DNA from: Octopus vulgaris
Taxonomy: Eukaryota
NCBI GenBank assembly: GCA_951406725.2
Contig: OX597819.1
Span: forward strand, 93,000,001-93,064,000
Length of the DNA: 64,000 nucleotides
Reading direction: 5' to 3'
In this document: positions 53,470-64,000 of the stretch, one piece after another
Numbering within the stretch: the first letter of the stretch is position 1
How the letters are laid out: every line of letters starts with the position of its first letter
Translations under genes and position numbers: made by a program
Notes under the pieces: model-generated
What the model was told of the DNA's origin: nothing
Databases searched by the model: none
What the model saw: the letters and a program-made list of their open reading frames with translations, nothing else

Positions 53470-54100
53470 ATCCTGTTCTCAGTATCCAGGTGAATACCAT
53501 CACTTGCTGCTTGGGTATTTTTAATAGAGGACACAAAGTATTGGAATGCAAGCTGCGAATCAAAGAATTGGACTTGTTTGGGCAGCATTTTAGTATCGAC
53601 AAAATTGCACTTACTTTAAAGCAAGTCCCATATCACATAAAATCAAGCATCTGCAAGAATTATGTTCTTCCTATAGTCTTATACAGGCTAGAATGTGTCA
53701 GCTGGACTTCTGTTGCAATACAGAAACAAGAAGTCTTTCATAATAATATAATTTGACTTATTACTAACATTAAACTTTCATACCACGCCAGAATTGAAGC
53801 CGATGGAGGCCAGTAATTACGGCGGAGGAGGTAAGTTATATAATAAGACAAATAACCAAATTAACACCAAACACTTTTCTCATCAAAAATAGAATACTAA
53901 AACTGTTTGACCACACTAAGCGAGTCATTTGTGGCGTCAGCGAGAACTATTTGGAAGGCATGACCAACTGAAGAGAAATAGAGGTCGACAATTTAAAAGA
54001 TGGAGAGATAGCATCACTGCATGGACAGGTCTGAACATGGTTGCCACGAATGCTCTTGCCAAAGATCGAATACTGTCGAGGCAACAGAGGATGATGATTA
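53470..54100 (+). mobile_element. Degenerate RTE-clade LINE 3' fragment
   Basis: YVLPIVLYRLECVSW; KRNRGRQFKRWRDSITAWTGL...LAKDR; short (GAT)n tail. Confidence 0.75.
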
Positions 54101-54619
54101 CGTTGCAGGCATTTCAGTTAGGTCTCCGGTCTGCATATGTTCCCCTTCTTCCCACTATTCTTGGAGACCCTAGAAAAAATGATGAGCCAAGCCTTTTGTT
54201 CTTTGATTTACACATTAAAATTTTAAAAATTGAGCCACGTCTACAGCTAAAATATTCTTTGTCCCGTAGAGGAAGCTGATTTCACTGTAGTTTCGTTCTT
54301 GAAAAGTGTGATGATATTAGCATCTCTAGTGTCTTGTAAAACAGTATACCCTTCCTGGTAGAATCACTGCGGAACCCAAATATTTACTGTCTGTCTAATG
54401 TGTGTTAAAGTCTGAATATTAATGGTGTGAGTCGTCAATTGAATCCCAATATAATTATGTTTGAATGCGTGCGGATGTTTATTTCGTGGTGAGGAAATAT
54501 TCCGAGTAAATTTGTTATTGTGACGTGTTTATAATACAATTCATTTCTTTTTAATTTCCAGAATTCCATTCTGAGAATATTCTCAAATTGATTAATACCT
54601 CAATGTATTTCTTTATCAG

Positions 54620-54692
54620 CTGCAAACCATCTGACTTCGTTTATGATGATGACGCCAGTATGGTAGCCATCACAGTGTTTAATGTGCATAAG
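54620..54692 (+). CDS. Candidate internal exon (CKPSDFVYDDDASMVAITVFNVHK)
   Basis: Acceptor TGTATTTCTTTATCAG|, donor AAG|GTATTC, 73 nt. Only the phase-2 frame is open, which matches the phase of exon 31730-31808. Confidence 0.55.
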
Positions 54693-55956
54693 GTATTCAT
54701 GAGTGTGTCAGTGAGTGAATGAACGAATGAGTGCACGAGTAGATGAGTGAGTGAGTGAGCGAGCGAGTGAAAAAGTGAATGACTGGGTGAGTGGGGGAAT
54801 CGGAGTGACATGCCTCTGCACCACCTACGTTTCAATGTCTGGAGAAGTTTCATTAAAGCAGCAGTGTAGCCTGGCTGCCTGCCCTACCTACTTTGATTGT
54901 TATATTGTCTTTCTGCGCGTGTATCTGGCTGGTTGGCTGCCTGGCTTGTTATCGACATACCTGTTACTCTCTCAGTCTGTCTATCTACCTATCTGTTTGT
55001 CAGTTTCCGTGGAAGCCTACCTATTTGACTTGCTCCATGCTTATTTCTCTATCTGTGCACATGTTTCTCTTTCTAGCCTGTCTGTATATCTACCATCTGC
55101 CGTGCTGTTTGTCCATTCGTCTGTCTATCTATCGTGCTGTGTGTTAATTCGTCTGTCTTCCTGGCTTTCCATGTGTCCGTCTGCCATGCAGTTGACGTAA
55201 CCCATTTCAGCTATTTCCAGCTTTGGCAATAATCAAAAACTGTCCGACACGGTCACCTAGCAACGGTGTCTTCTTTGCTAATGAACTGACGCCATCGTCA
55301 GTCAGTCTTGTTATTGTTATGTTATTAGAATAGCTATTGTTTCTGATTCCTGTATTTGAGTTTTGCTTTGTATAACTGCTTTATATTCTGCCTGTCTTCA
55401 ACTTAGTTCACTAAACTAGCATGCAGAGTTGGTCGTAAGTGGTTTTATTTAAGGTGAATGAATGAACGAATATTCCGTAATCAATGGTAATTAATGTAAA
55501 AAAAAATCATAAATCTATATTTCTATCCATCTTTCACCTGCTTTCATCTTGCTTTCATATCACATTTTCCTCAACGTCTTTCATACCGAAATCCGTAAAG
55601 CGAGTGCAATTTATGCTCATTAACACGTGCGTATGTTTTCTATATTGCAACAATCAAAGTTGTACGTCTTTATAATATTTATGTGTAATCCTACGTCTAT
55701 TCTTGTGTGTGTGTGTATTTGTGAGTGTGTACGAGTGTATAGATATAGACATAGATATAAATATACTGTACTTGAAATTAAAGCAATACTAAATTGAAAT
55801 AGTCATTTATGTATCACACTTTATGTATATACATCGTTGACAAGCAAGTTACTGTATTATTCGTCCAGAAATAACATCTCTTGTTGACGTGTTGCGTTTA
55901 AAAATATAATGTAAAATGGAAGGAGCTAAATATCGTCCCAGCAGATATTTGTTGTT

Positions 55957-56335
55957 ACAACTCTGTCGCTTACGACGACGAGGGTTCCAGTTGATCCGAT
56001 CAACGGAACAGCCTGCTCGTGAAATTAACGTGCAAGTGGCTGAGCACTCCACGGACACGTGTAACCTTATCGTAGTCCTCGGGGATATTCAACGTGACAC
56101 AGTGTAACAAGGCTGGCCCTTTGAATTACAGGCACAACAGAAAACAAGAAGTAGGTGTGAGAGAAAGTTGTGGTGAAAGAGCACAGCAGGGTTCGCCACC
56201 ATCCCCTGCCGGAGCCTCGTGGAGCTTTAGGTGTTTCCGCTCAATAAACACTCACAACGCCCGGTCTGCGAATCGAAACTGCGATCCTATGACCGCGAGT
56301 CCGTTGCCCTAACCACTGGGCCATTGCGCCTCCAC
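55957..56335 (-). mobile_element. SINE group D variant
   Basis: Head GGAGGCGCAATGGCCCAGTGGTTAGGG...GTTTCGATTC; 3' body shared with 23711-24050. Confidence 0.85.
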
Positions 56336-56609
56336 AATGTACTGTAGATGTACTGTTTGTTTAAATTACGTATATGCATATGAGTTGTACTCACTGGATA
56401 AATACCAGGTACATTGAGTGATAAAGATGTATATATATTAAGTATGACGTATAGATGGTTGCCTTAATTTACTAATGTTTCTGCTGTGTATAAAAACCTT
56501 TATATTCAGTAGACAGCTATTCACAGTACCACTGAATATTCTATTAACCCTTTACTGTATATCGGAAGCAATAGACATTATATAGACATGAGACTGGCCG
56601 TAAGGTCGC

Positions 56610-56648
56610 GCCATTGATAAGGCCTATTTTGGCCGAAATGCGTCTGGT
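56610..56648 (+). ncRNA. Minimal hammerhead motif with U3-A8 core pair
   Basis: GCCA | UUGAUAA | GGCC-UAUUUU-GGCC | GAAA | UGCG | UC^ | UGGU. Confidence 0.6.
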
Positions 56649-57396
56649 CTTGCTACGCGCTATTGGGACGATTTCGTCTCCCTGCGATATATATTATGCT
56701 TTTAAACACAGCATGGCCATTTAAAGATACATGATACCACGGAACAAATACCACACTAACTTTCCTGTCAACAATATATGCGATAATATACATATGTTAT
56801 ATATATATATATATATATAAAAACATATTTGTATAAACTTTTACTGATACAGGATTTAAACAAGCTTACAGCGTATAAATAGTTAGACTTAAACTGAAAA
56901 GGGCACACCCACACAAAGGCACATGTATGTATCTGCAGGAGAGAGAGAAAGAGAGAGAGTGTGTGTGTGCATGTGTGTGTGTGTGCGTGTGTGTGTGTGA
57001 AAGTGCGTGGCCTTGTGGCCATGTTATCAGAGCCATTATCGTACAATGACCTACAATGATAACTATCATTGCTATTATTGTAGCAGTTAGAACTGAGAAT
57101 CATGCGAACTGAAACAGCTGTAAGTTGAGATTCTGCCTTTTTGTAAATAATTAATAAATGGTAATTGATGTAAATCAATTGTTATTCATCAATTGTATCT
57201 CCATTTTCTGTTTTCCTTGAATATTGATAAATTCTTGTTTATTTTTGTTCACTTATGAGCATTAACACCAGTGCTCATGATTAAGTATAGATAATACACC
57301 ACTGGATTCATTGCATAAAAGTATCCCTTCGATGGTTGCTATAACCTCTAAATTTAATTATATATATACATATATATATATACATATATATATACA

Positions 57397-57478
<82 letters not shown>

Positions 57479-57624
57479 TATTTAAGTAGACAAATGAATT
57501 ATCTTATTACGGATAATTCGAAAGATAACCGATACCTGGGTAGCAAACTCACAACAGAAAGGGCACAGTTGAAGTTATGACCATAGGGCATAAATCCGTG
57601 CCTTAGTGCGGAAATTTGAAGTTT

Positions 57625-58506
57625 TATATATTAAGTATGGGAAAGAATGGAGATGAACGAAGATTTAACAAAATTCCTTTATTTTATTTTCGACATATGT
57701 TTCGAAGTCTGCAAAGTCCCTAATTAAAGAGTGTGAATGTATTCTGTATGACTGGTGTTTATATTTGATTTATTTTATGAATGAGTGCTCGAATGTATGA
57801 GTGTGTAAAATTGCCTTAATGTATGTGTGTGTTCGTCTTTGAATGCGTGAAAGTGTGTGTGGAATTCAGAGAGAGAGAGAGAGATAGCAAGAATTAACGT
57901 TCAAGAACTGAAAAGAATGTGTCTGTGTGCTCGAATGTGACAACTTAATAGGGAGATGGCGGCTACAATAGCAATGACAAGATACAAGGTTACTGTTGGG
58001 ATTGGTAGTAGTTCTTGGCAACTATGAGAAAGTCTCTCAAATTTTTTTAGGAAATCCAGGGGTTATCTATATTAAACTTCATTGGTATGAGAAAAAGGTA
58101 TGCTTTTTCCAGTGTGGGCATCTGAAAGAACGCTCCACAATCGAGTTTATTAGTCGGCCAAACAGAATATGAAAGAGTTCGGAATTACATATTCTGTTTG
58201 CCCGAGGCCGACTAATAAAGTCGATTGTGGAGCGTTCTTTCAGATGCCCACACTGGAAAAAGCATACCTTTTTCTCATACCAATGAAGTTTAATATAGAT
58301 AACCCCTGGATTTCCAAAAAAAATTTGAAAGGTGATACCTCATCCCTGTTAGTATAAAATACTTTCTCATAGTTGCCAAGAACTACTACCAATCCCAACA
58401 GTAACCTTGTATCTTGTCATTGCTATTGTAGTCGCCCTCTCCCTATTAAGTTGTCACATTCGAGCACACAGACACATTCTTTTCAGTTCTTGACCGTTAA
58501 TTCTTG

Positions 58507-58542
<36 letters not shown>

Positions 58543-59017
58543 TCCACACACACTTTCACGCATTCAAAGACGAACACACACATACATTAAGGCAATTTTA
58601 CACACTCATACATTCGAGCACTCATTCATAAAATAAATCAAATATAAACACCAGTCATACAGAATACATTCACACTCTTTAATTTTTCTATACCTTCCTT
58701 CTACTACCTTGATGCTGCCCTTGAACTATGTCAACGGACAATTTCTTCTGCTTTCATCCAATCTGCCGTCAACCCCTATAAATAGACATTTTTTATCATT
58801 ATTTTTATGGGCTCCTCGTGAGCAGTCGTCGAAAAGCGTGTTGTGCATTTTGTTGGAGAATTAAGTTCCTGGATTTTCCTGAAGAGAACGTTGCATAATG
58901 GACTCCTTAGTCACTCGGAATTAGGGACTTTGCAGACTTCGAAACATATGTCGAAAATAAAATAAAGGAATTTTGTTAAATCTTCGTCAGCTCCATTCTT
59001 TCCTATACTTAATATAT
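57625..59017. mobile_element. About 1.4-kb palindromic PLE remnant (inverted terminal repeats)
   Basis: Left arm 57625-58171 mirrors 58188-59017 around a 16-nt loop. The right arm encodes ILFARGRLIKSIVERSFRCPHWKKHTFFSYQ* (58191-58286; PLE endonuclease C-terminus-like) and has an extra segment at about 58685-58917. Confidence 0.85.
58873..58958 (+). ncRNA. Type-I hammerhead ribozyme, canonical core, apparently intact
   Basis: AUUUUC | CUGAAGA | GAACGUUGCA...UGCAGACUUC | GAAA | CAUAUG | UC^ | GAAAAU. Predicted cleavage after C58952. Confidence 0.8.
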
Positions 59018-59143
59018 ACATATATATATATAGGCATATATATATGCATATATATATACATATATATATGCATATATATATGCATATATATATACATATA
59101 TATATACATATATATATATGCATATATATATACATATATATAC

Positions 59144-59186
<43 letters not shown>

Positions 59187-59593
59187 CATATATATATACA
59201 ATATATATATATATATATATGCATATATATACATGCATATATATATACATATATATATACATATATATATATACATATATATACATATATATATACATAT
59301 ATATATATACATATATACATATATACATATATATATACATATATATATACATATATATACATATACATATATATACATATATATATATACATATATATAT
59401 ATACACATATATATACACATATATATATACATATATACAGTATATACATATATATATATACATATATATACATATATATATACATATATATATACATATA
59501 CATATACATATATATATACATATATATATACATATATATATATATACATATATATACACATATATACATATATATATATACATATATATATAC

Positions 59594-59638
<45 letters not shown>

Positions 59639-59655
59639 TACATACATATATATAC

Positions 59656-59686
<31 letters not shown>

Positions 59687-59691
59687 CATAT

Positions 59692-59753
<62 letters not shown>

Positions 59754-59779
59754 GTATATATATACATATATATATATAC

Positions 59780-59836
<57 letters not shown>

Positions 59837-59943
59837 CATATACATATATATATATATATAATATACATATATATATACATATACATATATATACATATAC
59901 ATATATATATACATATACATATATATACATATACATATATATA
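59018..59943. repeat. About 0.9-kb compound (TA)n/(TACA) microsatellite, resuming at 63827-64000
   Basis: Direct reading. Source of the 340-358-aa Y/I ORFs. Confidence 0.95.
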
Positions 59944-60728
59944 TCTTTTCACCGCTCTCACGGCAACCACCACAATTATCATCATCATCATCACCACCGC
60001 TGCCACCATCGTCTTCTATCACCAAAAATACCAACAAAAAACCAAATAAGAAACCACTGCTCTCTTCCCCCACATCACCACCTCAATACTATTGCAGTAA
60101 CAAAAACTTAAAGAAACATAGGAAACAGAATGCGCCCCCCACGGCACAAACAAGAAACCTCAAAATATGCCGCTATTCACTGCACCAGAGACTCTGCACA
60201 AATAGTGACTGCATCTTCACGCATCTACCCGGTACTAGACGCACTACCGGCCAAGGCCAAAGCACGCATCCCACAATAACATCAACAAAACCAAATAGTA
60301 AATCGAAATTCAAAACACACACAACTCGGAGTCCCAAAATCTGCCGGTATTCCCAACGTGAGAGAACATGTCTGCTGAGTGACTGTCCCTTCACTCATCT
60401 TCCAGGGACCCGACGCACAAACAGAAACGGGGCTTCAAGTCAACACACAAACCTGAATAAAAATAAAAATAGAAACACACCATGCTGCAGTAATGCTGGT
60501 TCAGTCTTTTCAGGAAGACACAAAAACAACAACAACAAAAGTGGAAACTACAACCCTATCCAACAGTGCAACCACACCTCCAGCCAAAAACTGCTCCCTA
60601 AGCAGGAAAATTCTTTTTTAGCCATGTTGAACATGGCAAAAGAGATACACAAAAATATTCTAGCCATCACTCAACACCATCCTATGCTATTACCCCAGTG
60701 CACCAATTCCCCACATTGCTGCCACTAA
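59943..60728 (+). pseudogene. LINE ORF1 C-terminal part with two CCCH zinc fingers (missed by the ORF track, no start codon)
   Basis: Open frame containing KICRYSLHQRLCTNSDCIFTHLPGTRR and KICRYSQRERTCLLSDCPFTHLPGTRR. TAA at 60726-60728. Confidence 0.8.
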
Positions 60729-63700
60729 CACACACAAAAAATCCAAGCCCCCTGCAACAGTCAAAACCAGCCACTACACTAACCTCCACATTTCTACTCA
60801 ATGCACAAGGTGTCAGCCCTTCCATCAATGCACAAAAATGGAAGGTCCAATTCATTGAAGACTGGGTTGGTAACCATCCACACCACATCCCTTTCTTCAT
60901 TCTCACTGAGACCCACCTTGACAACTCCCACTTGGAAGCCGAAGTGAGAGTGAAGAATTTCACAACCATCCGCGTGGAGGATCGTATCGGCAGGAGGAAG
61001 AGTGGAACTGCCATTTTCCTGCATGATTCGTTTACGGCAGATGGAAATAGTATATTCTCCAACGGCTACTGTGAATCAGTCACCGTGCACAACAAAGCCA
61101 ATGACCTGACAGTAATTGGGCTCTATAGGCCGCCCCAAACACCCATACTGTGCTTTAAAGAATGCCTCAACAGCATTAAGTGCTTTATTCAACAGTGCCA
61201 TTCTAGCAACCTACTCATGATGGCAGACTTCAATCTACCCTGTGTTGACTGGACTACAAACTGTTTGAAACCAAGCACTCCCGCCTCAACCGCTGACAAA
61301 GAAGCAGCAGAGTCACTTTTCGACTTTACGAATGAGTTTTTCTTGTCCCAACTTGTCCTTGCACCAACAAGACATCAGAACATTTTGGACCTAGTGTTTA
61401 GTAACCACACTAACACTATACATAACGTTACAGTGGAAAAAACCCTTCTTTCAGACCATGACATGGTTCTCTGTAACATGAAATTCCACCAGCCGAAAGC
61501 TAATCCTAGTGACCTCCCTCCAGCCCACCCATTTGACAACATGGATCTCCATAATGCCAACTGGGATGCAATCAGGAACGAGCTATCACATGTTGACTGG
61601 TCCTTTACACATACACACATCTCCACCAACCATAAAACATCTTGGCAGATCTTTGTAGACACCGTCACAGACATATGTGCAAAACACTCCCCACCAAGAC
61701 CTGTGAACAAAAAGTGCAGAATCCCCCAAAACAGAAAAACCATGATCAGAAAAATAAAAAGAACAAACAAAAAAATTAACAAACTAAAGTACTGCCAACA
61801 GCAACACACACATTCGACGGCTATCGCACTGCTTGAATCCAAAAAATATAACCTCCAACAATGCATGAAGACCCTCATCAATAACCAAAGATCAGCTGAG
61901 GAGAAGTGGGCCATTGAAAAAATCAAACTCAACCCCAAAGTGTTCTTTTCATTTGCGAGGAAACGCAGGCTCACTGTCTCCATTGTTGGCCCTCTAATTG
62001 ATGAAACTGGCACTCTCCAAGATAATGCCAAATCCATGGCCGAGATACTGCAGAAACAATACTGCTCTGTTTTCAGCAATCCTGATATGGCCGATCTGGG
62101 CTGTATCAGTGATGTCAACCCCCAACACACTATATCGGACATAACGTTTAGTGCCCCAGATGTCTTAGCGGCTATAAACGAAATAAAACACAATTCAGCA
62201 GTAGGCCCCGATAGGTTCCCTGCTTGTGTCCTGAAGGTGTGTCGACACCAACTTGCATCTCCCCTTGCTTATCTGTGGAGAAACTCACTGGATGCTGGCT
62301 ATATTCCAAAAAACCTTCTGTCCCAGTCTGTTGTCCCAGTTTTCAAAAAGGGAAACAAGTCCCTTGCACTGAACTACCGCCCGATCTCACTCACCTCTCA
62401 TATCATCAAGGTATTTGAGAGGGTGGTGAGATCTCGAATAACCCAATTTCTGGAAAGCAACAGACGGCTGATCTCCAACCAACATGGGTTCCGTAATGGA
62501 AGGAACTGCCTAACGCAGCTCCTGCATCACTTTGATGACATTTTGAGAGCTTTGGGAGAGGGCTCCAACACCGATGTCATCTACCTTGATTTCAGTAAGG
62601 CCTTCGACAGGGTCGATCACAAAATCCTATAGAAAAAACTATCCAACATTGGTGTTTCTGGAAAGTTACTGAAATGAATCAAGTGTTTCCTGACAGACAG
62701 ATCTCAACATGTTGTAGTTGAAGGGGTAAAATCAAGCCCAGCCAAAGTCAGTAGTGGCGTTCCGCAAGGCACTGTGCTGGGCCCACTTCTTTTCATCATT
62801 TACATTAATGACATTAATGACATCATCAAGCGCAGCAACATAAAAATCTTTGCAGATGATTCCAAGCTACAGAAGGTCATAAATGAGGCGAGTGACCGGA
62901 CATGCCTTCAGTCAGATCTACTGACTGTTATCCAATGGGCAGAAAAAAACAATATGCTGCTGAACGAGGATAAATTTGAGTTAATCCACTTTGGAAAACA
63001 GGATGCCCTAAAACTCCCATACTCCCTTCCTTCAGGTGAAACTCTCGCAGCGTCCAACAACATCAGAGACTTGGGAGTAATTGTGGACAACAACATAAGC
63101 TGGGCCACTCATATAAACACCAAAGTTGACATGGCCCGCAGAATGTGTTCCTGAATTCTCAGAACTTTCCAGTCGAGAGATATCCACACCATTATCCTTC
63201 TCTTCTCCACTTTTGCCCGACCCCACCTTGAATACTGTTGTCCACTGTGGTCTCCCCACACAATACAAGGTATCATAAAAGTTGAAGCACCTCAAAGGGC
63301 AATCACAAAAAAGATAGATGGCATGACAGGCCTCGACTATTGGGGTCGACTAGAAAAGCTAAAACTTTATTCTCTCCAACGTCGTCGTGAGCGCTACATC
63401 ATCTGCATGATGTGGTAAATATTCCATCAGCATTGCCCAAATGATGTTGGCATCACCTTTAAGGTACATCCAAGGCTTCGGCCCCGTGCCATCCGCCCAA
63501 AACAAAAATCGCACTCTCATCTCATAACAACAATACGGCACAATTATTTCACCTCAATTGGCCCCGCTCTCTTTAACATTACACCAAAACACATTAAAAC
63601 AGAAACTGACCCTCTAGGGTTCAAGAAGTCTTTGGACAGATTCCTTCAAGAAATCCCGGATAAACCCCCTACACCCGGATATGTCTCTGTAAACAATAAC

Positions 63701-63826
63701 TCTCTACTTGAGTGGGCCATAGTGCCCAAATTCTGCCTTGAAAGACTTCACCAGGTGGTGCTATTAAGTTAGACATGGCCTGGGCCAATAATGGCCGAAA
63801 CCTATCAAAGTATCAAAGTATCAAAG
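59944..63826 (+). mobile_element. CR1-like LINE, 5'-truncated within ORF1, inserted in a (TA)n tract
   Basis: ORF1 remnant followed by APE-RT ORF2. 3' stem-loop GGCCA-ATAA-TGGCC-GAAAC and (TATCAAAG)3 tail at 63803-63826. Confidence 0.95.
60698..63772 (+). pseudogene. LINE ORF2 (apurinic endonuclease plus reverse transcriptase) with four in-frame stops
   Basis: LTETHL, LYRPP, ADFNLP, SDH, YRPISLTS, QHGFR, DFSKAFD, GVPQGTVLGPLLF, FADD, LYSLQRRRER. Stops at about 62630, 62675, 63152 and 63416; no net frameshift. Confidence 0.95.
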
Positions 63827-63843
63827 TATATATATACATATAC

Positions 63844-63901
<58 letters not shown>

Positions 63902-63931
63902 ATACATATACATATATATATATGCATATAC

Positions 63932-63964
<33 letters not shown>

Positions 63965-64000
63965 CATATACATATATATACATATACATATATATATATA

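Noticed and set aside
56290-56335. tRNA gene
   Set aside because: Only the tRNA-derived A/B-box head of a SINE; no complete cloverleaf.
57496-57530. GAATTATC/GATAATTC hairpin followed by GAAA
   Set aside because: No recognisable CUGANGA-type core or stem I.
58812-58850. GTGAGCA-GTCGTC-GAAA possible second G3-C8 core
   Set aside because: Stem II is a single pair, there is no stem I, and G occupies the cleavage position.
58911-60111. 340-358-aa ORFs of Y/I/H/T/M/C
   Set aside because: Translations of (TA)n/(TACA) microsatellite, open in many frames on both strands. The same applies to most ORF-track entries.

Overview
AT-rich eukaryotic DNA crowded with microsatellites ((TA)n, (CA)n, (TATG)n, (TAGA)n). 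The tRNA-derived SINE families and repeat density suggest an octopus or other coleoid cephalopod genome (inference). Nearly all ORF-track entries are microsatellite artefacts. Real content includes about 25 SINE copies in three modular groups, a near-full CR1-like LINE (59944-63826), and RTE, CR1, RLE-type and Tc1/mariner fragments. There are also a few candidate spliceosomal exons on both strands. The most striking signal is a series of Penelope-like element (PLE) terminal fragments embedded in microsatellites, several arranged as long palindromes. These carry type-I hammerhead ribozyme motifs: two apparently intact canonical ones (47451-47537 minus, 58873-58958 plus), compensatory core variants (G3-C8 at 48221-48269, U3-A8 at 56610-56648), and a family with an altered position 6. 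All calls were made by eye, boundaries of degenerate elements are approximate, and no database search was run.
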